This document shows positions 55,022 through 63,417 of a stretch of DNA of 64,000 nucleotides, one piece after another. Within the stretch, counting starts at the first letter, position 1, and every line of letters begins with the position of its first letter. The translations under genes were made by a program, and so were the position numbers. Under the pieces are notes generated by a model. It searched no databases, was not told the DNA's origin, and saw nothing but the letters and a program-made list of their open reading frames with translations. Where the stretch lies: assembly GCA_027493775.1 (NCBI GenBank), contig JAOSKE010000001.1, positions 741,651 through 805,650 of the forward strand. Reading direction: 5' to 3'. The DNA comes from Kiritimatiellia bacterium (GTDB lineage: Bacteria; Verrucomicrobiota; Kiritimatiellia; CAIVKH01).

Positions 55022-55445
55022 GGGTCGAGTCTAGACATTTTACAGTTAGCGTCTTCTCGCAATACAGATGCACGTATATTCCGGGACGAACAGGTCGCTG
55101 AGGCGGGCGAGTGAGGTCGGTTAATGCGGTGCTGTTGTAAGCGGTTGTTCGAGCAAATTGTCACAGGGGTTAGTGACGAGAACGAGGCGAGGGACTCAGA
55201 GAGGTAGTCGAAACCACAGCAGGAAAGTTCATTCGGTTGCATCGCATCTACCCTTCCACGATCTCGCGTCATAATTCAGCCCGCAAACGAACCACGCAGT
55301 TAATCATCAACCCTCCGCCGCCTTAGGTCAACACGTCTTTTGTCTTGGCCAAAATCACCGATCATGAGAATTGATCCCCACTCCCCCGTTTTGATTTTTG
55401 GACGCGAGAACACAAACCAAATGTCGAATGTCTAGACTTGACCCC
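55022..55445. mobile_element. About 425-bp element bounded by family-1 ends (copy B)
   Basis: GGGTCGAGTCTAGACATT ... AATGTCTAGACTTGACCCC. Confidence 0.85.
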
Positions 55446-55469
55446 AACTGCTCTAACTGCTCCGGTGTC

Positions 55470-55877
55470 TTATTTAAAAGCGTTGTTCAAATATTTTATA
55501 CATACCTCAATTAGCTTTAGTCGCTCATCTTGCGCATCTACTAAACACGTGCTCAACTCTGCAGTGGCAGAGGTAGGCCACACCTTTAATACACCACGAA
55601 CATTCGGGTTCAAATAGACCTCAATACGACGCATCATGACATCACCGCTGATCCAAGTTCCAAATATAGAACACAAAAACCTAAACAGATAGCTGCCAGC
55701 GTATTCACGCAAATATGAACCGCGCATCTCTCTTACAAAATAACCGCGACCATACGCGAGCAGGGTTATCTGTTCTTGTGGTGTTGTCGCAGAATCAACG
55801 CCTACATCCTGCCATCCATGGCGCTTCTTAATAAATTTTATATTGCTAATCTCATTCACCCGGCTCACGCCCTTCAT
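55470..55877 (-). CDS. Putative immunity protein for tip 3 (second copy)
   Basis: Duplicate of the gene at 35.6-36.0 kb. Confidence 0.6.
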   Translation of the reverse strand: MKGVSRVNEISNIKFIKKRHGWQDVGVDSATTPQEQITLLAYGRGYFVREMRGSYLREYAGSYLFRFLCSIFGTWISGDVMMRRIEVYLNPNVRGVLKVWPTSATAELSTCLVDAQDERLKLIEVCIKYLNNAFK

Positions 55878-57871
55878 TTTTTGGGGTTAGTTCATTTTCA
55901 ATTGCCTCTCGTGCGGTCTGCTCTAGAAGTGCTTTAATCGGATGAGCCAACAGCGTCTTTAGATTAGGCCCATCATTAATAAAATCTGCAATACCCTCAG
56001 AAGCGGGCCCCTCGCCCAGAAGTGTGGTCACAATCTTCCTGATAAGCTCTTCGCTTGCCTGAATCGCTTGCCCGGGAACCTTCAGTAGTTCTTTCGCTTG
56101 TTCTGCGAGTTGGGAGGCGACGTTGTCGTAAGCATCTACAAGATGCTCCCAAACCGCACCTGCAAAATTATTAAGCGTATATTCTCCAGCTTTCCAAGCC
56201 GCATCGCGTGGGTTCTCTCCCAACCCAAGCGGGTCGATATAATTGACCGGATCCCCATGACAGTACAGATACAGATTTGCCTGTCCGCCCCGAAACAGTA
56301 TGGGGTCTTTGGCCAGCCATCTCCCAGTCATCGGATCATAATCCCTGTAGCCAAATCGGACCAAGCCCGTGCCAGGGTCATACATACCTCCCGCGAACCC
56401 AAATGGCTGAAATCCCGGATTTGTGTCCTCCAGAACATTGCCCCATTCGTCGTAGTCCATCCGCTGCGCAACGGCGCCGGTCTGGGCATCCACAACCAGC
56501 CGCACGCTGCCAAGATGATCTGTAATGATCCGATATGTCGTTCCCGACCGCACCATATAGTCCGGCACATTCACTCGCGTCGCGTACACGAACCGGGACT
56601 TCACGCTTCCATCCGCATTCAACTCCGCAATCGGCTTCAGGAAGTCCTGATAGACCAGCCGTTGCACGGTCGTGCCATTCACACTCTTGGCGATGCGCCG
56701 CCCCAGAGGGTCAACGCTGTACCGAATCGCAGAAACCGTGGAGCTGACGGCAAGCAGGCTGCCCCGAGCGTCATAGCGGTATGCGGTTCCGACTCCGCCA
56801 ACGCTCTTGTTCGTCAGCGTGCCACGGTCATCATGCTGGTAGGTCGTCGCCCCGTAGCTCAACAGGCGATCCTGCGCGTCGTAGTGACCCACAAGCGACG
56901 ACCCGCTCAGTATGGCATTTGTGCGGTTCCCATTTGCGTCGTATTGATATTTTGCGCGCAGCGAACCATTGGTATGCACCTCAATCAGCCGCCCCGCCGC
57001 ATCATAGGAATAGGTGTATAGGTTCGTCTGATTCTGAATGCGCTCCACCCGGCTGGTCATCCGCCACATTGCATCGTACCCATAATCGAATGACAGCAGA
57101 TTTGTTCCGCCAAAATCACTGGCGGATGCCTGTAGCTCCCCAAATTTGCTAATTTGTCGCATATCGCTCACATCGCCCAGAACCGTGTTCGTCACAAACC
57201 CACTTGCGGCATCCCGATTCAGCCGCAATTGACCGGCATTGGTCAACAATAGATCAAGATCATAGCCGTATCCAATACCATCACCATTGAGCGTAATCTG
57301 GCTCAAGCGGAGGTCCGGACTCCATGCATACCCTACCCGTCCCGTGACAGAGCCACCCCCAGGTCACGTTTGTCAGCAGGCTGCCATCCCAGTCTAAAGC
57401 CAGAGAGGACCCGCTTGTGGCAACGATGGAAATCGGGTGCCCGTTTGCGTAGGCGACCGCAATCCGGTTCTCCGGCCACCGGACCTGACTCGCCTGCCCC
57501 GCCGCATTGTACTGGTTGGTGATGGTCGCCCCGCCCGGCAGCCGTATGCTCGTCACCTGGCGGCGCGCATTCCACGTGAGGAGAAGATTCGTGTCCACAC
57601 CAGCCAAGCCGGGGGCCGAATAGCGACCCAGAAGACCAACGTTGTTGTAGTCCATCTGATGTTCAGCCTTATCGGGCGGCCGTACTCCGCCCAGGTTGGA
57701 AGACTTGTCGTACCGCAGTCCGATGGTCTTCGCATCCGGTTGCAGCAGATTCGTGACCCGACCGGCGGGATCGGAATCCAGCCGGTACGACTGCAGCAAA
57801 CTGTTGGTGAGCGCGCCCCAAAATCCATTCGTTGTATAACCGAGTCCAAAAGCACGACGCACAGCTCCAGT
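55852..57871 (-). pseudogene. Orphan YD/Rhs module (lineage 2 core) with tip 3; frameshift near 57358
   Basis: Core nearly identical to about 61100-62748; tip identical to the one at 35973-36340; truncated at a family-1 end. Confidence 0.85.
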
Positions 57872-57878
57872 GTGTTTT

Positions 57879-58065
57879 GGGGTCGAGTCTAGACATTGTA
57901 CAGTTCGCCGCTTGTCTTTGAGATGGCCTCTCGATTGCGACCGCGCGACGTCACATGGTGCCGGACGCCTTCAATGTCAATTCTCAATGGCCTGCTCATA
58001 CCGATCTTGTATTCATTCTCGACACGTCGGCGCAAGCCACAATGTCGAATGTCTAGACTTGACCC
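57879..58065 (-). mobile_element. MITE: 5' end of the Y1/RAYT transposase gene between two inverted family-1 ends
   Basis: Minus strand from 57999: MSRPLRIDIEGVRHHVTSRGRNREAI, matching the gene at 63418; ends at 57879-57897 and 58048-58065. Confidence 0.85.
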
Positions 58066-58081
58066 TAACTACTCTCAACAT

Positions 58082-59469
58082 CACTGCTGTCCAAAACGCG
58101 CGAAAGTCTGACGAAAGAGGGGCCCTATTCCCTGAAAAAAGCATCGTTGGGTCGTTTGCGCAAAACCGATCCCCCCCCTTTTATGAAGGACATGGGTTCT
58201 GCTGTCCAAGATCGAGTTCCCAGAACTCAGCTTGAACGAAAGGGGGCGGAAACGGCGGTGTTTCATAGGGACGCTCGATCCAGACCCACAAGTCCCGGTA
58301 GGTGAAAAGGTTCAGCCGCAGCAGCGCCACGAGGTTGGAGAGGTGCCAGCCGCATTTGGATTTGAACTGCAGGTACTTGATCAGGAGTATGGCGATCAAT
58401 GCTGTCCAAATCTGGATATGCACCGCGTTGGCGGAGGTGCCGACGAAGGTCTTGATGCGGAGATTCTGCTTGAGGTCCTTGAAGAACAGTTCGATCTGCC
58501 AGCGGGCTTTGTAGATCTGGGCGATGGTGGATGCGGCCAGATGCAGATTGTTGGTGAGAATCACCAGTTCCTCCTGTTTGTCTTCCCGCCAGACCGTGAT
58601 CCGGCGGTACTGCCTTTTGATCCGCCGTCCAGCCTGAAAGACGTGAAACTCCCCGATCTCATCGGCGCGGACGGGTGAGTCGGCAGGCACCTCGCGCGAC
58701 TCGGTGCGATACCAGTCGGCGTGCTTCTTCATCCGTGTCACGAAGAACACGCCCTCGGCGCTCCAGCGCTCAAAAAGGTGGTAATCCACATAGGCGCGGT
58801 CCATGACCACGATACTGCCCTTGGGCAACGGTAAACCCCGAGCAGTCTTTAACTCGTGCTCACGACCCTCGGTGATATGCGCAAAGACCGGAAGACAGCC
58901 GTCATGGTCCAAAAGAAGGTGCATCTTTACCGCCCCTTTGGTCTGGCGGTATTTCGCCCAGTCGAATGCGGAAGCACACAGGTCAATCACCGTGGCATCG
59001 AGGCTCATCAGTTTGTTTTTGAAGCGGAATGGCTTGCCTGGGGCGACCGCCCGACAGGTTCCAAGCAGATCGTAGAAGAGCCGTTGAAAAAGCTGCCAGG
59101 GGCGATGTTGGTTCGCGTAGGCCAGCGTCGAGCGCGCCGGACCGACACTCATCCCCAGATGGGATAGTCGGCCTTCACAACATTGCAGACCCTGCGTGAT
59201 CTCCCGGAGACTGCGACTGTTGGTGAGCTGGCAGAAGAGCATGGCCACAAACTGATCCCAGCAACTGAAGCCCTTCGATCGGTACTCGGCATTCACCTCG
59301 CGCACGTGGTGCGAAAAGTCATTCCGGTTGAAAAGGGAAAGCAGTTGGCTGAACAGACTGGCCTTGTGTGCGCTCATCTTGCGGGGTCTCCTGGTCGGGC
59401 TTGTTGGATATTTTCACCTTCAGCCTACCTCCAGACCCCGTTTCTAAAAACTTGTTTTGGACACTACTG
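58082..59469 (-). mobile_element. IS4-family insertion sequence with 9-bp target duplication
   Basis: IRs CACTGCTGTCCAAAAC / GTTTTGGACACTACTG; TCTCAACAT on both sides (58073-58081, 59470-59478). Confidence 0.93.
58181..59377 (-). CDS. IS4-family transposase (DUF4372 plus DDE_Tnp_1)
   Basis: FSCWDQFVAMLFCQL, RSTLAYAN, LDATVI, MDRAY, YKARWQIELFFK. Confidence 0.93.
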   Translation of the reverse strand: MSAHKASLFSQLLSLFNRNDFSHHVREVNAEYRSKGFSCWDQFVAMLFCQLTNSRSLREITQGLQCCEGRLSHLGMSVGPARSTLAYANQHRPWQLFQRLFYDLLGTCRAVAPGKPFRFKNKLMSLDATVIDLCASAFDWAKYRQTKGAVKMHLLLDHDGCLPVFAHITEGREHELKTARGLPLPKGSIVVMDRAYVDYHLFERWSAEGVFFVTRMKKHADWYRTESREVPADSPVRADEIGEFHVFQAGRRIKRQYRRITVWREDKQEELVILTNNLHLAASTIAQIYKARWQIELFFKDLKQNLRIKTFVGTSANAVHIQIWTALIAILLIKYLQFKSKCGWHLSNLVALLRLNLFTYRDLWVWIERPYETPPFPPPFVQAEFWELDLGQQNPCPS

Positions 59470-59480
59470 TCTCAACATGA

Positions 59481-59613
59481 CGGGCCACTATGGCCGCGCC
59501 TTCAATTGCTTGATGGGCATTTTAATCACGCTTCGGCGTGAATGCCGCATCTACGGGCTCTAACCGCCTTTCATGCTATCTGACCCCTTTAGTCTCTGAC
59601 CCCTTTAGTCTCC
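59481..59613 (+). repeat. Family-2 element fragment with right end and tandem (TCTGACCCCTTTAGTC)x2
   Basis: CTAACCGCCTTTCATGCTATCTGACCCC at 59560-59587. Confidence 0.8.
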
Positions 59614-59656
59614 GGGAGAAACGGGATACAAGAACCGATCCCATTCGTCCGGCACG

Positions 59657-60298
59657 CTAAAACGAGGATTCATTACGTCTCGCTTCGATCTCCGTAATCA
59701 TGCCATTTACAAGCCGCCGAATATCACCGCTTTCGTCGTATTTGATATTTTCAAGATATTGACTGCGACTTTCAGAATTGGTGCCCACAAAGTAGAGCGC
59801 GACGCCCAAACAGGCTTTAATGCGACCATCGCTATTTCTATATCGTTCTTCCAACTCAGCGATATTATTCGTGGGCCGGGTTAGCGCTAACGCAATAGAG
59901 AGTTCACGCTGTACCTGCCAATATTCTTCCGTTTGGACAAGCGCCAATAGGTCTGGCTCTACCGTTCCGTCTCGGAACCTACCCAGTGATTGCACGGCGA
60001 AAAAACGAATGCGCCAAGAAGGGTTCGCCAGTTGCGATACTAAAATCGGAACTGCATCCGCCTCTGTGCGCCGCCCCAAATACTGCATCGCCATGATCGA
60101 GACCGTCTCATTTGTATCGCGAACGAGATCAACAATATCGTCAGTGTGGATGATGGAGGAATGTAAATTTGTGAGAACCGAAATATCATCAGTCATCAAT
60201 AGTTCACGTAATTCATCTTTAGATATACGCTTAGAACAAGCCGTGCCTATAAATATCGCGCAAATTACTGCGCCGAGAAGCATTCCTTTTTGATTCAT
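59657..60298 (-). CDS. HEAT-repeat lipoprotein, immunity-like
   Basis: Lipobox-like IFIGTAC; AVPILVSQLANPSWRIRFFAVQSLG. Confidence 0.75.
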   Translation of the reverse strand: MNQKGMLLGAVICAIFIGTACSKRISKDELRELLMTDDISVLTNLHSSIIHTDDIVDLVRDTNETVSIMAMQYLGRRTEADAVPILVSQLANPSWRIRFFAVQSLGRFRDGTVEPDLLALVQTEEYWQVQRELSIALALTRPTNNIAELEERYRNSDGRIKACLGVALYFVGTNSESRSQYLENIKYDESGDIRRLVNGMITEIEARRNESSF

Positions 60299-60571
60299 CT
60301 ATCGGGTACGCCTTCTTGGCAGGTCTCTATATGGATTTCCCGGTGGAGGCCTATTGCCGAAATCAACACCCGAATCAAGCTCCTCAAACATATCGTAACT
60401 AATTGCATTATCGTTTAATAGCTCTACGTATGTCTCTGTAAATGTCGTAATCCCTTCAGTTACGGCGATTGGGCCACTCGGTGATGGATTAATCCAGAAC
60501 AGATTGACCGCGTCTGCACCAGTTGGCATAACCAATGCTGTTGGTTGGCGCGTGGCTTCATTGCTACTCAT
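60299..60571 (-). CDS. Hypothetical protein, possibly a detached toxin tip
   Basis: 90 aa low-GC ORF coupled to both neighbours. Confidence 0.4.
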   Translation of the reverse strand: MSSNEATRQPTALVMPTGADAVNLFWINPSPSGPIAVTEGITTFTETYVELLNDNAISYDMFEELDSGVDFGNRPPPGNPYRDLPRRRTR

Positions 60572-60833
60572 AAAGCACGATCACCGCTTACCTTGTTCTT
60601 GGTCGTGACCAACGTATTTATCAAAGCGACAATATCTTGTTGCAGACTTAGCCTAATGAATTGACACGCGCAGACCTGAAGACCAGCAGCAGACAAGATC
60701 ATAAAGACAAACCCCTCCACCACATTATGCCCGCTAACACTCACAACAAGAGCGGCCAAGAACATAAAACTAAATATAATCGCAGCCAATGTGGCGGTGA
60801 TATATTTTTTCTAATCGCTCTATTATCTATCAT
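60568..60833 (-). CDS. Small 2-TM protein, putative immunity for tip 5; probable indel in the A run near 60806
   Basis: ATG at 60833 directly behind the Rhs stop; AIIFSFMFLAALVVSV and FVFMILSAAGL hydrophobic segments. Confidence 0.55.
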
Positions 60834-60836
60834 TAA

Positions 60837-63230
60837 TCACTTGAGGCGAGGAGTTGATGTTACCAAGGGATATGGCTCGAAGTTGATTAAATCATTTACT
60901 TCAATCAAATGATCCGCAACTGGTCCGTCACGCCAGTTGTCTACGACATCATCGATCTGATCAGGAACAGTTAACAGCTCCCAGATACCAAATATGACGA
61001 GTACAGCACCACCACCGATTACCAAAGGAAGACTTCCGATGGCCGCACCGCCACCAGCTACAATGCCTCCAAGCGCAGAAACAATTCCCTGCCATAGCAG
61101 CCCATTGGGATCAATATAGTTAATTGGATCCCCGTGGCAATAGAGGTACAGGTTGGCTTGGCCTCCTTCAAACAAGATAGGGTCTTTGGCCAGCCACCTC
61201 CCAGTCATCGGAGCATAATCGCGGTATCCGAACCGCGTCAGACCCGTGTCTGGGTCGTATAAACCTCCCGCAAACCCGAACGGCTGGAATCCCGGATTGG
61301 TGTCCTGCAACACGTTCCCCCATTCGTCGTAGTCCATCTGCTGCGCAACCGCGCCGGTCTGGGCATCCACAACCAGCCGCACGCTGCCAAGATGATCTGT
61401 AATGATCCGATATGTCGTTCCAGAACGCACCATATAATCCGGTACATTCACTCGCGTAGCGTACACGAACCGGGACTTCACGCTTCCATCCGCATTCAAC
61501 TCCGCAATCGGCTTCAGGAAGTCCTGATAGACCAGCCGTTGCACGGTCGTGCCATTCACACTCTTGGCGATGCGCCGCCCCAGAGGGTCAACACTGTACC
61601 GAATCACAGAAACCGTGGAGCTGACGGCAAGCAGGCTGCCCCGAGCGTCATAGCGGTATGCGGTTCCGACTCCGCCAACGCTCTTGTTCGTCAGCGTGCC
61701 ACGGTCGTCATACTGATATGTCGTCGCCCCGTAGCCCAACAGGCGATCCTGCGCGTCGTAGTGGCCCACAAGCGACGACCCGCTCAGTATGGCATTTGTG
61801 CGATTCCCATTTGCGTCGTATTGATATTTCGCGCGCAGCGAACCATTGGTATGCACCTCAATCAGCCGCCCCGCCGCATCATAGGAATAGATGTATAGGT
61901 TCGTCTGATTCTGAATGCGCTCCACCCGGCTGGTCATCCGCCACATTGCATCGTACCCATAATCGAATGACAGCAGATTGGTTCCGCCAAAATCACTGGC
62001 GGATGCCTGTAGCTCCCCAAACTTGCTAATTTGTCGCATATCGCTCACTTCGCCCAGCACCGTGTTCGTCACAAACCCACTTGCCGCATCCCGATTCAGC
62101 CGCAATTGACCGGCATTGGTCAACAATAAATCAAAATCATAGCCGTATCCAATGCCATCACCATTGAGCGTAATCCGGCTCAAGCGGAGGTCCGGACTCC
62201 ATGTATAGCCTACCCGTCCCGTGACAGAGCCACCCCAGGTCACATTTGTCAGCAGGCTGCCATCCCAGCCTAAAGCCAGAGAGGGCCCGCTTGTGGCAAC
62301 GATGGAAATCGGGTGCCCGTTTGCGTAGGCGACCGCAATCCGGTTCTCCGGCCACCGGACCTGACTCACCTGCCCCGCTGCATTGTACTGGTTGGTGATG
62401 GTCGCCCCGCCCGGCAGCCGTATGCTCGTCACCTGGCGGCGCGCATTCCACGTGAGGAGAAGATTCGTGTCCACCCCAGCCCAGCAGGGTGCCGAATAGC
62501 GACCCAGAAGACCAACGTTGTTGTAGTCCATCTGATGTTCAGCCTTATCGGGCGGCGTCACCCCGCTCAGATTGGAGGACTTGTCGTACCGCAGTCCGAT
62601 GGTCTTCGCATCCGGTTGCAGCAGATTCGTGACCCGACCGGCGGGATCGGAATCCAGCCGGTACGACTGCAGCAAACTGTTGGTGAGCGCGCCCCAAAAT
62701 CCATTCGTTGTATAACCGAATCCAAAAGCACGACGCACACCTCCAGTGCCGATCGCGAACTGCTGCAACCGACCGTGAACATCATATGCAACATCGATGG
62801 GATACAACCCCGGTAGCTCTATCCGCTCCGCGCGCCCGTTTGCATTATAGATTACCCTGCGGGTTCTGCCCTCGGGACTCGTCAGCGACGCCATTCGATT
62901 CGACGCCTGATACGACGCTACATACGCTGGTCGGTCATTAATGCTGAAGACATTCGTGAAGGAAACGAGGCTTAACACGTCACCGGGATCCGACAACGAG
63001 GCGGCTCGGGATCTATTGGGGTCGAGTCTAGACATTTTATATTTAGCGCCTTCTCGCAATACAGATAAACGCATATTCGGGACGAATAGGTAGCTTAGGG
63101 GGTTGTTCGAGCAAGTTGTCACTGGGTTTGGTGACGAGAATAAGGCGATGGACTCAGAGTAGGAGTCGAAGCCACAGCAAGAAAGCTCATTCTGTTGCAA
63201 CATGTCTAGCTTCCCACGATCTTGCGCCAT
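60837..63230 (-). CDS. Orphan YD/Rhs module (lineage 2) with Gly-rich hydrophobic tip 5; Rhs homology ends about 63009 and is fused in frame to an ORF starting inside element C
   Basis: YD repeats, DPINYIDPNGL, tip LWQGIVSALGGIVAGGGAAIGSLPLVIGGGAVLVIFGIW. Confidence 0.85.
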   Translation of the reverse strand: MAQDRGKLDMLQQNELSCCGFDSYSESIALFSSPNPVTTCSNNPLSYLFVPNMRLSVLREGAKYKMSRLDPNRSRAASLSDPGDVLSLVSFTNVFSINDRPAYVASYQASNRMASLTSPEGRTRRVIYNANGRAERIELPGLYPIDVAYDVHGRLQQFAIGTGGVRRAFGFGYTTNGFWGALTNSLLQSYRLDSDPAGRVTNLLQPDAKTIGLRYDKSSNLSGVTPPDKAEHQMDYNNVGLLGRYSAPCWAGVDTNLLLTWNARRQVTSIRLPGGATITNQYNAAGQVSQVRWPENRIAVAYANGHPISIVATSGPSLALGWDGSLLTNVTWGGSVTGRVGYTWSPDLRLSRITLNGDGIGYGYDFDLLLTNAGQLRLNRDAASGFVTNTVLGEVSDMRQISKFGELQASASDFGGTNLLSFDYGYDAMWRMTSRVERIQNQTNLYIYSYDAAGRLIEVHTNGSLRAKYQYDANGNRTNAILSGSSLVGHYDAQDRLLGYGATTYQYDDRGTLTNKSVGGVGTAYRYDARGSLLAVSSTVSVIRYSVDPLGRRIAKSVNGTTVQRLVYQDFLKPIAELNADGSVKSRFVYATRVNVPDYMVRSGTTYRIITDHLGSVRLVVDAQTGAVAQQMDYDEWGNVLQDTNPGFQPFGFAGGLYDPDTGLTRFGYRDYAPMTGRWLAKDPILFEGGQANLYLYCHGDPINYIDPNGLLWQGIVSALGGIVAGGGAAIGSLPLVIGGGAVLVIFGIWELLTVPDQIDDVVDNWRDGPVADHLIEVNDLINFEPYPLVTSTPRLK

Positions 63231-63393
63231 AATTCAGCCCGCAAACAAAACACGCGGTTAATCATCAGCCCTCCGCCGCTCGCTGTCAACACAGACCTAA
63301 ACCACCGATAACAAGAATTCATCCCCATTCCCCCGTTTTGATTTTTGGACGTGAGAGCACAGGCGCAAATGTCGAATGTCTAGACGTGACCCC
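63018..63393. mobile_element. About 375-bp element bounded by family-1 ends (copy C)
   Basis: GGGGTCGAGTCTAGACATT ... AATGTCTAGACGTGACCCC; two internal deletions relative to A and B. Confidence 0.85.
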
Positions 63394-63417
63394 ATCTGCT
63401 CTGAAAACAAGATCGGC

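Noticed and set aside
35469..63009. Diversity-generating retroelement template/variable repeats
   Set aside because: No reverse transcriptase in the window; the duplicated tips are essentially identical and core differences are not adenine-specific by eye
35973..63230. T6SS-delivered Rhs effectors
   Set aside because: No PAAR, VgrG, Hcp or EagR genes here; the full-length protein has a Sec signal and teneurin-like N-terminus
31012..63393. Integron cassette array
   Set aside because: No tyrosine integrase and no RYYYAAC...GTTRRRY attC structure recognised at cassette borders
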